From Candidatus Thermodiscus eudorianus (GTDB lineage: Archaea > Thermoproteota > Thermoprotei_A > Sulfolobales > Acidilobaceae): a stretch of 64,000 nt of DNA. Numbering within the stretch: the stretch's first letter is position 1; each line of letters opens with the position of its first letter. The notes beneath the pieces were generated by a model. The model ran no database searches, was not told where the DNA came from, and saw only the letters and a list, made by a program, of their open reading frames with translations. The stretch spans positions 31,904 to 95,903 of the forward strand of contig WAOW01000003.1 in NCBI GenBank assembly GCA_015521085.1, read 5' to 3'. The position numbers were made by a program, and so were the translations under genes. Positions 28,012-35,993 of the stretch are shown one piece after another.

Positions 28012-28113
28012 ACCAGCCGATCCACATATATTAAATTACGATAACCGAGGCCCGAGCCGCCATAGAATCCTATATAATGCCGGGTGTCATCACTAAGAGC
28101 CCGGGTGGAGGAA

Positions 28114-28449
28114 ATGGCCGAGACTATCAAGTACGAGGACTTCGCCAAGATAGACCTCCGCGTGGGGAAAGTCGTGGAGGCGGAGAGGGTCAAGGGGTCC
28201 AAGAAGCTGCTGAAGCTCATAGTAGACCTGGGCAGCGAGAAGAGGCAAGTCATAGCGGGGCTAGCCAAGTGGTACAAGCCAGAGGACTTCATAGGCAAAT
28301 ACGTTATCGTAGTGGCTAACCTAGAGCCAAAGAAGCTCATGGGCATGGAGAGCCAAGGCATGATACTGGCTGCACCCTGCGAGGGCGGCGAGAAGCCAGC
28401 CCTACTAACACTCACGGAGCCGGTAGAGCCCGGGAGCAAGGTATGCTAG
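28114..28449 (+). CDS. tRNA-binding OB-fold protein (Trbp111/CsaA/MetRS C-terminal-domain type)
   Basis: FAKIDLRVGKVVEAERVKGSKKLLKLIVDLGSEKRQVIAGLAKWYKPEDFIGKYVIVVANLEPKKLMGMESQGMILAA is the typical tRNA_bind motif set. An alternative GTG start is at 28084. Confidence 0.85.
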   Translation: MAETIKYEDFAKIDLRVGKVVEAERVKGSKKLLKLIVDLGSEKRQVIAGLAKWYKPEDFIGKYVIVVANLEPKKLMGMESQGMILAAPCEGGEKPALLTLTEPVEPGSKVC

Positions 28450-28562
28450 CCTGGGGGCGGAGTAGACTATATAGACGCCCACCACACCCTTGTGATAGAC
28501 GGGTATCGCCCGGGGCGACGGCGCCGTCATCGGCGCATGGGATGAACCCGGGTATCCGGTCT

Positions 28563-29396
28563 CTACGCCCTGCCTATGTACTCTTCCGGGGGCACGTAGA
28601 AGAGTAGCTTGGCCTTGTGGTAGTCCCTGATGACTGTTCGAGCGGCCTCCTCGATCAGGGGCTCCCCGGAGAGCCTGTAGAACCAGCCCCTCTTCCTGGC
28701 GAGCTCCTCAAGAATCTCCATGGGGTCCCTCGAAGTGATCCCGTAGGCCTCCACGACCGCCTTGGGATTATACCTGAGGGCTCTTTCGAGCAGCGACATA
28801 GCGGGCGGGACCGGGTCCGGCAGCTCCTCCGGGCTCCTCCCCCTGATTATGGCCTCCGGCCAGCCGCCCTCCACCGGTATCACGCCAGGCGTGTCTATCA
28901 TGTAGAAGCCGGGCTCTATCTTGAGTAGCTGGAGCGACTTGGTGTAGCCCGGGCTCCCGGGTATGGGGCTCGTCCTGGCCCCCTTCCTGCCCCTCAACGC
29001 GTTTATTATACTGGACTTCCCGGTCTTAGGGTAGCCCACCACGACCACGCTGAAGGGCTTGACCCGTGCCACGTGTTTTATGAAGCCCCTCAGGACCCTA
29101 GTTCCTAGCCTGTGCCTAGCCGATATGTAGAGTACATCGTATCCCTGCCCCTCTATTATCCTAGCCCACTTCTCGGCCACGCTCCGGGGGACTAGGTCCG
29201 ACTTGTTCAATACAATGACTATGTCCTTCTCCATGGCCTCGGCCATCTGCTCTATTCTCCTACTCCTCGTGTGTATCGGGTCCCTGATATCAACTACCTC
29301 GACCACCACATCGGCATTCTTCATCGTCCTGGCTAGCAGGCGCCATGATGCCAGTTCCAATCCAGCTACCCTCCCCGGAGGGAGGAGTGGGTCCAA
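28563..29396 (-). CDS. circularly permuted ribosome-biogenesis GTPase (YlqF/RbgA/Nog2-like, MMR1_HSR1)
   Basis: Motif order is G4 (LNKSDL), then G1 (GYPKTGKSSIINAL), then G3 (DTPGV). Confidence 0.8.
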   Translation of the reverse strand: MDPLLPPGRVAGLELASWRLLARTMKNADVVVEVVDIRDPIHTRSRRIEQMAEAMEKDIVIVLNKSDLVPRSVAEKWARIIEGQGYDVLYISARHRLGTRVLRGFIKHVARVKPFSVVVVGYPKTGKSSIINALRGRKGARTSPIPGSPGYTKSLQLLKIEPGFYMIDTPGVIPVEGGWPEAIIRGRSPEELPDPVPPAMSLLERALRYNPKAVVEAYGITSRDPMEILEELARKRGWFYRLSGEPLIEEAARTVIRDYHKAKLLFYVPPEEYIGRA

Positions 29397-29459
29397 CGCT
29401 TATAGAAGCTTCTATCGCGGGAGGGGAGTGGAGAAAGTAAGTGGGATGGGGGATACTAT

Positions 29460-29480
29460 AGAGGGGCTGGCTTCCCCTCT
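29460..29480. terminator. hairpin AGAGGGG-CTGGCTT-CCCCTCT 16 nt beyond the ferredoxin stop
   Basis: 7-bp stem and 7-nt loop read directly from the sequence. It uses the same GAGGG/CCCTC arm sequence as the dispersed palindrome. Confidence 0.35.
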
Positions 29481-29495
29481 GGAGTGCTCGGCTCT

Positions 29496-29738
29496 CTACG
29501 CTGGCTCTACGTGGATTATGTTCACCGGGCAGCTGTCGGCTGCCTCCTGTGCACAGTCTTTTAGGTCGTCGGGTATGATTCCCTCTGCTACGTTGTCTGG
29601 GGCTACCCTGTACTGCTCTACTATCTGGCTCTTCCCGTCCTCGTCGTTCATCTCGAATACTTCTCCGCATATCGATACGCAGACCATGTCGCTGATGCAG
29701 GTGTCCCTTGGGTCGATCCTTACCTTGAAGGGCATCAC
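29496..29738 (-). CDS. single-cluster ferredoxin (Pyrococcus-furiosus-Fd-like)
   Basis: 80 aa. KVRIDPRDTCISDMVCVSICGEVFEMNDEDGKSQ...CAQEAADSCPVNIIHVE is collinear with the Pfu ferredoxin cluster ligands. GAGGTG lies 7 nt upstream of the ATG. Confidence 0.85.
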   Translation of the reverse strand: MMPFKVRIDPRDTCISDMVCVSICGEVFEMNDEDGKSQIVEQYRVAPDNVAEGIIPDDLKDCAQEAADSCPVNIIHVEPA

Positions 29739-29966
29739 ATACCACCTCTGGATCCGGGTTCACGTAGTTGATAATGTGGGTTACCTATTAAAGGTTTGGA
29801 TCCGTAGGTGTTTGTGTCGACATCTATACCCCGTATTAAGACACGCCATGGCAGGCCGGCGTGGCCCCGGGGTTGATAAAGCCTGTGTATTGACGTGTAT
29901 AGAGATGTGACTTGTATATTCTGGTTGTTGCGAGGAAAATGGGGCTCTTTTGTGATGGTAGGGTGG

Positions 29967-30098
29967 TTATGCGCCTAGCCCGGTCACACTGGCTATGTAC
30001 CAGTCGAGCTCCTCTACGTCAGTCTTGCTCACGTGTATAGTGAGCCTCCTACGGGGCTCCCTAGATGCCCCGGATCTAGCCTCATGTACTATACTCAT
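29967..30098 (-). CDS. possible 43-aa ribbon-helix-helix-like protein (below the ORF-track cutoff)
   Basis: My own translation gives MSIVHEARSGASREPRRRLTIHVSKTDVEELDWYIASVTGLGA. A basic stretch followed by a beta-strand-like RLTIHV and then a helix resembles CopG/RHH. Sits downstream of the NTase gene. Confidence 0.25.
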   Translation of the reverse strand: MSIVHEARSGASREPRRRLTIHVSKTDVEELDWYIASVTGLGA

Positions 30099-30209
30099 AT
30101 TGCTCGCCTCCACCCTTATAGTCTATAGACGAGCGTATATAAGATCTTGTACGTGAACCGATCGACCACTGTCGTACAAACATGCTAGAGACGGGTCACC
30201 CCCTAGGAA

Positions 30210-30923
30210 TCAATCGACCACTAACCGGCTACAGTCGCCGAGAAAGTTACGAACCACGCGAAGAGCCTCCTGGGCGGTCTGGAGAGCTTCTACCGGCTCA
30301 ACCCGACCACCCTCCATATACTTCCTCCAGAGCCCCACAGCCCTCTCCCAGCCTCTGGCCTCTAGCTCCCTTAGGATCTCTTTCTTAGTCCAGGGACCCC
30401 TATAGCCGGAGGCCGCTAGAGCTAGTTTGACAGCCTCCCCAGCGGCTATTGGAAGGAGCTCCGGCTTTCCACTCCATTCTCGGAGCCTCGTTTTAACCCT
30501 CTCTAGACTCCTGCATAGGATCTCGCTCCAACTTTGCCGTGGCGTCTTCTTGTGAAGCGCTCTGCCCCATACTATAATGTGGTTCTCCTCGAAGTCCGCC
30601 CTATACAGGGTTAGGAACTTATACTGGCAACCATATCCCAGCTCCTCTGCCAGGCACCAGGCAACATCGACACCGCGAACCGGCAAGCCTCCAATGCATT
30701 TTCTCGCACTTTCTACTAAGAGCTTCTTGACCTCCTCAACGGCATCTGTAACCGGGCACCCGTCGCTGGCGACCAGGAAGACGTCGACGTCACTGATATT
30801 GGGATCGAAATCGCCCCTCACGAGGGACCCATATAGGGCGACCTCCTCTAGACACTCGCTGAAACCCGACCTGGAGACTAGCTCGGCGAGCTTAGACGCT
30901 ATACACTCCGAGGCGCGCCCCAC
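30210..30923 (-). CDS. nucleotidyltransferase-domain protein with a helical C-terminal domain (KNTase_C/HEPN-like fold, no RxxxxH motif seen)
   Basis: 237 aa with the NTase signature LYGSLVRGDFDPNISDVDVFLV. The C-terminal half is all-helical. Confidence 0.65.
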   Translation of the reverse strand: MGRASECIASKLAELVSRSGFSECLEEVALYGSLVRGDFDPNISDVDVFLVASDGCPVTDAVEEVKKLLVESARKCIGGLPVRGVDVAWCLAEELGYGCQYKFLTLYRADFEENHIIVWGRALHKKTPRQSWSEILCRSLERVKTRLREWSGKPELLPIAAGEAVKLALAASGYRGPWTKKEILRELEARGWERAVGLWRKYMEGGRVEPVEALQTAQEALRVVRNFLGDCSRLVVD

Positions 30924-30987
30924 GGTATCAGCCTCCCGTGAGTTGTAGTATAGTCCAGCCCCGCCTCTACAGTGTCAGGGGATATCG

Positions 30988-31794
30988 TCATACCTTCTCT
31001 CGGCTTCCGGCTACCTCCTGGTATATTCCTAGTATGGAGAGCAGGTTCCCGGTTAGGGCTATGGCTAGCCCGAGTCTTAGCCGGCTGGTATCGATCTTCA
31101 CCGTTGACGGCACGGTTATCCTCTGGGCGCTTGTGCCTGCCGGCATCAGGAAGGGGCTGTCCGCGTGGAAGGGCTTCATGCACACCTCCTTGACCTCTAC
31201 TCCAGCCATGAGTTCTCCAGTGAGGTTCGAATCGAATAGTAGTGTGAGCTTGGTCGTGTTTAGCGGGAGTTCCCTTTTGATGGGGTATATTACGATGTCT
31301 TCCCTGCCGCTTGGAGAGAGCACCGATACGTAGCCAACAGTTACTGTGCCGTTTACCACCAGTGGCGTCGCCGTGGATGTGTCAGGCGCCTCTGGGGCTG
31401 GTAGTGGTTTTACCTCTAGGTGGTAGTCTGCTATCGTGGTGTTACTCCCGTCTGGGAATCCTGCTATGATCTTTACTAGGATGTAGCCGTGGGCCTTCTC
31501 TGCTACTCCCTCCGCCTTTACATTGATCTCCCTGATTCCCTTGTTGCAGCTTGGGGGTTGTAGCTCCCGCGTCATCTTTCGGGGTGTCTCGTTTAGGGTT
31601 ATCGACTGTGCTAGCCTGTCGATTATCTTGGTTGTGTTTATCGTGTAGTTTCCTGGTGGTTTGAAGTTGTAGATGGGCACGTAGATGTACTCTGTCGTCC
31701 TCGCGATATCCACGCGGACCTCGCTGGCGCCAACTGTGAGGATGCCGGTTGCGAGTAGTATCGCGCCTGTGACCAAGAGTATGTTGTATCTCAA
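30988..31794 (-). CDS. hypothetical membrane-anchored extracellular protein (N- and C-terminal TM segments, many N-x-S/T sequons)
   Basis: 268 aa with the N-terminal anchor ILLVTGAILLATGILTV, the C-terminal LGLAIALTGNLLSILGIY, and 7 or more sequons. Downstream of the BNR protein gene. Confidence 0.5.
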   Translation of the reverse strand: MRYNILLVTGAILLATGILTVGASEVRVDIARTTEYIYVPIYNFKPPGNYTINTTKIIDRLAQSITLNETPRKMTRELQPPSCNKGIREINVKAEGVAEKAHGYILVKIIAGFPDGSNTTIADYHLEVKPLPAPEAPDTSTATPLVVNGTVTVGYVSVLSPSGREDIVIYPIKRELPLNTTKLTLLFDSNLTGELMAGVEVKEVCMKPFHADSPFLMPAGTSAQRITVPSTVKIDTSRLRLGLAIALTGNLLSILGIYQEVAGSREKV

Positions 31795-31883
31795 GCCGTA
31801 CCTCCCCCGACTCGATTATATAAACACTAGATTAAAAATATCATAAAATAGGGGGCCCTTCCTGATGGTTATGCGGGCAGAGC

Positions 31884-34211
31884 CTATTTCATCCTCACTA
31901 ATATTATAATTATTAATATTAGATTCACTATGGTTATCAGCTCTAATATAGTCGTTGACTGCGAGCCTGTCCCCGTCTCCCCACCCTTCTGCCTGGCTAT
32001 GCTCTGGTTTATCGAGTCGATCTTCGCGTCTATATCCTGTATCTGCTTCTCTATCCTCTCCCCAAGCACGCTGGCTATCGAGTTGTTTAACTCCTCTATC
32101 TTGCTTCTTAGCTCCTCTATCTCATCCCCTGTGGCTCCTAGTGTTTTATTTATCGTCACTACCTGCCTGGTTATATTGTAGTCGACCGCGTCTATCTTCT
32201 CTCGGACCCTGTTTATCTCGTCGAGCGTGGCATCTGTTACATTGAGCCTGACAGACGCGTATATCGTGTAGCTGACGGCCCCGGTTAGCTGGAGCCTATA
32301 CGTGCCCCTGGCCAGCCCCGGGACCGGTATGGTGTAGCTACTATGGCCTTGGCTGTCCGTCATTATATAGCCTATCGTTAGGTTATCCAGCAACACCGCC
32401 ATCGTGGCGTATGCCGGTAGCCCGCTTGCCTCTCCGGCTAGTAGAGTGGTTCTACCCGCCTGTATACTCGTGGCCTCTAGGCCCATCTCGGCCCTGGGTC
32501 TCTCGCCTAGGCCTGCGATGAATATGTCCGTGTTTATGGCTCCGAGGCCTATTAGCGGCGTGTTAACCGGGGTGTATAGGCTCCTCCTCGTGTCAGTCCA
32601 TGCTATGTAGACGTTCTCCTTGGCGGCGGCTAGGTTTATGTAGTCGCCCATGAACTCTACAGGGAACGCTGGGTTGGTGTAGTCGGTCACCCTCATGTTC
32701 CTCGACACGTTTGCCCCGTTGGCGCTGGCATAGTATATGTCGAAGCCGACCCGGCCTGGTGCAAGCCTAGTATCGGCCCAGGCGACATGGGCCTTGCCCC
32801 CGGGACCGGTTGAGATCCATGGGAAGAACTGTGCGTTGCAGGAGCCGCGTGGATCATCGTTAACCCTAACCGGCCCCCTCCAAGTCTCGCCATAGTCGCT
32901 GGAGTAGAGTAGGTAGACGTCCGCTGGGTCGCACCCCCCGCCGTCTGGGTCGCCCGAGTATGCTATGTAGACAGTGCCATTAGAAGACGCCGATATGACC
33001 GGGAACATCGAGGACCACCACCTGAACACTGGGATCCCTGCTTCGCCTATGTTGATGGTATAATAGTATTGGAGCTCGTGCGCAATCCTGGCCACCTCGA
33101 TGGGCTTGGACCAGTGGAGGCCGCCATCGTCGGACCTTGAGAGCATTACACTCGCTGATCCGTTGAATGGCCCGTCCCGGGAGCTGTCGTAGTAGGCTAT
33201 GTATATGGTGCCGTTGGGTGCTATGGCGGGGTACGAGCCCTGGACTATGTGAAGCGAGCTGTCCTCGTCGGTTATCGTTATAGTCGGGCTTATACTGTAT
33301 GGTCCCTTCCACGAGCGTCCCCCGTCGTGGGATACTAGGGCCTTAATCGTGATATTCTGGAACGCGTGGTTGTTAGCGGTGTCGAATCCTATGATGAACT
33401 CCGTGTAGCTTATGACCAGCATGTCGTCCCCCGTCACGGGGGACTTGCCAGCAGCTATGTACTCCTTGTCGAGTAGTATGACCCGTGGTATGACGTGTTT
33501 CACGCTGATAAGCCTGGTAATGTCGATGTAGTCGAAGGGCTCCACCGCTGGCTTGAAGTCCCACGTAGCTCCCCCGTCATGGGAAACTCCGAGCATTATA
33601 GTGCTCGCGAGGACCTCGCTGTTGTTGAAGGGGGCTGGGAGTGGCCTCTCGCCCACCGAGAGGTATGCTAGGTAGAAGGTCCCGCTGGGCCCTGAGGCCA
33701 GGGCTGGATCGCTCAAAACCTGGTCATTCCTCTGATCGCCTGGGGGCGCTAGCCGTGGGCCAGTCCAGTTGGCGCCTCCGTCGGTGGAGTAGTATATGCC
33801 TATGCCCACCCTGAGCTGGTCCTGGGAGAAGGCGTTCTCCTGGTGGAGTGCGACGACAACGTTACTAGTATTGTGTGGGTTCACTGCGATGCTTGGCTCG
33901 CTCTCCAGGAACCCGTTATAGTCAACGCTGACCTTTACGTTCCTCCCAAACACCGTCTCGGGGGACTCCACTGGGGAGCCCGCGGGAGGCCTCGATAGTA
34001 TGGATGGGATACTGGTTAGGCCTTCTAGGCTCGTCGGGTATAGGGCGTCTAGTATGGTGCTTGACACATAGGCTGGCAGGCGGTTAGTCCATGAGATATG
34101 GTCCTGGCTGGAGGGACCCTCCCAGCCATCAACGCCGTCGGCCCCTGTAGTCAGGGATAGAGGGGATAGGGCCAGTAACGCTATCACGATTGCAATCAGC
34201 CGCTTCACCAT
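31884..34211 (-). CDS. secreted BNR/Asp-box repeat (sialidase-like beta-propeller) protein with a C-terminal coiled coil and TM anchor
   Basis: 775 aa with a signal-like N-terminus and five S-x-D-x-G-x-x-W boxes (STDGGANW, SHDGGATW, SHDGGRSW, SDDGGLHW, SDYGETW). The C-terminus has heptad repeats followed by ILELITIVNLILIIIILV. Confidence 0.75.
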   Translation of the reverse strand: MVKRLIAIVIALLALSPLSLTTGADGVDGWEGPSSQDHISWTNRLPAYVSSTILDALYPTSLEGLTSIPSILSRPPAGSPVESPETVFGRNVKVSVDYNGFLESEPSIAVNPHNTSNVVVALHQENAFSQDQLRVGIGIYYSTDGGANWTGPRLAPPGDQRNDQVLSDPALASGPSGTFYLAYLSVGERPLPAPFNNSEVLASTIMLGVSHDGGATWDFKPAVEPFDYIDITRLISVKHVIPRVILLDKEYIAAGKSPVTGDDMLVISYTEFIIGFDTANNHAFQNITIKALVSHDGGRSWKGPYSISPTITITDEDSSLHIVQGSYPAIAPNGTIYIAYYDSSRDGPFNGSASVMLSRSDDGGLHWSKPIEVARIAHELQYYYTINIGEAGIPVFRWWSSMFPVISASSNGTVYIAYSGDPDGGGCDPADVYLLYSSDYGETWRGPVRVNDDPRGSCNAQFFPWISTGPGGKAHVAWADTRLAPGRVGFDIYYASANGANVSRNMRVTDYTNPAFPVEFMGDYINLAAAKENVYIAWTDTRRSLYTPVNTPLIGLGAINTDIFIAGLGERPRAEMGLEATSIQAGRTTLLAGEASGLPAYATMAVLLDNLTIGYIMTDSQGHSSYTIPVPGLARGTYRLQLTGAVSYTIYASVRLNVTDATLDEINRVREKIDAVDYNITRQVVTINKTLGATGDEIEELRSKIEELNNSIASVLGERIEKQIQDIDAKIDSINQSIARQKGGETGTGSQSTTILELITIVNLILIIIILVRMK

Positions 34212-34338
34212 CTACACCAGGCCTCGACAGGGACTGGGGGATAATTCCCTGTAAATAAGCCTGTATTAGAATACAATTAATCGCTAGACCCAGCCTGCGA
34301 GAGTTTTAATACAGGGTCTCCAGCGCACTCTAGAGGGG

Positions 34339-34581
34339 GTGCACGAGGTGCCGGTCGAGATCAAGGACTGGAAGGAGTTCGTCGAGATAAGCGGTAGGGC
34401 CATCGAGTGCAGGGTTAAACAGGCCAGGAAGGGCGATGTAGCCAAGATAAAGGCTCGGACCAGGAGAGTGCTCTACACTATCAAGGTCGACAAGTCGCGT
34501 GTCGAGGAGCTCGTGAAAGAGTTGAAGTGTAAGAAGATTGTCTTCGTCGACACAGGCGAAGTCAGAGAAGTCAAAAAATAA
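34339..34581 (+). CDS. rpl38e: ribosomal protein L38e
   Basis: 80 aa. EIKDWKEFVEISGRA..ECRVKQARKGDVAKIKARTRRVLYTIKVDKSRVEELVKEL is collinear with eukaryotic eL38 ([53 protein letters not shown]). Confidence 0.8.
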   Translation: MHEVPVEIKDWKEFVEISGRAIECRVKQARKGDVAKIKARTRRVLYTIKVDKSRVEELVKELKCKKIVFVDTGEVREVKK

Positions 34582-34719
34582 CGCCTAAAATCCACTACCA
34601 CCCGTAGCGGTCTAAAACCACGTGGTATCGCTCGTATTGAACCCTCGCACATCTAGACGATTTGTTGAGTTGCACCCGATATCCTAAAAACTCACCTGAG
34701 GTGAGTCTACCATATAAGA

Positions 34720-34992
34720 ATGAGTAACCACGATCTACCCGGTGGAATAATAGTGATGTGCCCATTCTGTGGAGGAGGCTTCGGTTACATGGCCCCGTGG
34801 GGGTTCGTCGGGCTTATATGGATGGTGATATGGATAATCTTGATCGCAGCAGTCATCTATGCAATAATAAAATTTATTAACAGTCCCATGAATAACGGCT
34901 ATCCGCACCATTACCGCGGCAGAGACGAAGAGATACAGGAACTAAAGGACGAAATCAGAAAGCTTAGAGACGAGATAAAGAGAAAACAATAA
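34720..34992 (+). CDS. hypothetical small membrane protein (Gly-rich N-terminus, one TM, charged coiled C-terminus)
   Basis: 90 aa with CPFCGGGFGYMAPWGFVGLIWMVIWIILIAAVIYAII followed by DEEIQELKDEIRKLRDEIKRKQ. Lies in an AT-rich region. Confidence 0.45.
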   Translation: MSNHDLPGGIIVMCPFCGGGFGYMAPWGFVGLIWMVIWIILIAAVIYAIIKFINSPMNNGYPHHYRGRDEEIQELKDEIRKLRDEIKRKQ

Positions 34993-35092
34993 ACACTATC
35001 ATCCATCACCACATTGATTACCAACGCCGGGTAGAGGAGCTTTGCAACGGGTTTAGTCGAATGCGCAGATCATGGGTAGAGCTACTCTGGGG

Positions 35093-35171
35093 CTAGACGT
35101 TGAACACGCTTTGGAGGACTAGGATGTATGTTCATCGTGTGATTGGGGGTTGAATCCTATTCTATAATATA
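35093..35171 (-). pseudogene. orphan, degraded copy of the last ~25 codons of the GNAT gene at 35994..36959
   Basis: By hand alignment it is about 70-75% identical to 35994..36070, with anchors CTAGAC, TGAACACGCT, GTGTATG, GGGGTTGAA and CTATAATATA. It translates to YYRIGFNP... versus YYRAGFNPVTWW..., then frameshifts. Confidence 0.6.
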
Positions 35172-35265
35172 TTTTAATATAATTGTTTAATATACTGGTA
35201 GGAGTCTGCGGAGTCAACTGAGTGCAAGGATATTTAGCTTCCTGGCATCATACAGAGTCTAGACG

Positions 35266-35490
35266 GTGGATATTTTGGCTACTACTGGTCTAAAAAAGGC
35301 TCTACAGCCGATTAAACCAGGAGAGCTAGACAAGGTTCCCCCGGGCTACTGGGCTGCTATAGTAGACGGGCGCGTGGTTGCCTGGGCCAGTACTCTAAAG
35401 GAGCTACGTGAGATAATGGCGCGGATGGGTTACAAGAGGGAGGAATATGGCGTGGTAAAGGTTCCGAGCCATGATCTGCTTGTTGTCTAA
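35266..35490 (+). CDS. DUF5678-like small protein
   Basis: 74 aa. PPGYWAAIVDGRVVAWASTLKELREIMARMGYKREEYGVVKVPSHDLLVV fits my recollection of the DUF5678 pattern (W-V-A-hydrophobic-x-G-x-V-V...L.E....A......P....VP). Confidence 0.5.
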   Translation: MDILATTGLKKALQPIKPGELDKVPPGYWAAIVDGRVVAWASTLKELREIMARMGYKREEYGVVKVPSHDLLVV

Positions 35491-35550
35491 GCTAGCTACC
35501 ATTGGCGTGTTCATATATTTTGATATATGATCGAGCGGAGGCATTAAATA

Positions 35551-35976
35551 GTGAGCGCCCCTCGCAATGGTCTGAGCGAGAGGATATTTCCATATATCGC
35601 ATACCATGGGAGATTCTATCCTATCATCCCGGTGATAGTTGAGGGTAGGGAGAAAGCAGTTGTCTATGCGTTGGTAGATAGCGGTGCTACAATAAGCCTC
35701 TTCCACAAGAGCATAGCTGAGGACATAGGTATTGACTTGACGGACTCGAAGCAAGTATACCTGGCCGGCATAGGAGGCTACGTAAAAGCTTATATCAAGG
35801 AGCAAGTGAGAATAATGGTAGAAGGACTAAGAGACCTCTATATTCCAATAGCCTTTACAGAGCATATCGTTTCGGACCTCGCTATACTAGGCCGCCGAGG
35901 CTTCTTCGAAGCATTCGAGATAACATTCAGAGAATGGGAGAAAAAACTAGTAATAAAACCAAAGGTTAGAAGCTAA
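35551..35976 (+). CDS. retropepsin-like (clan AA) aspartic protease
   Basis: 141 aa. ALVDSGATISLF is the D-S-G-A active-site loop, with a downstream ILGRRGFF flap/dimer motif. The size fits a single-lobe homodimeric retropepsin. Confidence 0.7.
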   Translation: MSAPRNGLSERIFPYIAYHGRFYPIIPVIVEGREKAVVYALVDSGATISLFHKSIAEDIGIDLTDSKQVYLAGIGGYVKAYIKEQVRIMVEGLRDLYIPIAFTEHIVSDLAILGRRGFFEAFEITFREWEKKLVIKPKVRS

Positions 35977-35993
35977 AAGAGCCCTTCTAGATA

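Noticed and set aside
29203-29910. 235-aa plus-strand ORF spanning the GTPase 5' end, the spacer and the ferredoxin gene
   Set aside because: It is antisense to two well-supported genes and crosses their promoter spacer. The translation is low-complexity.
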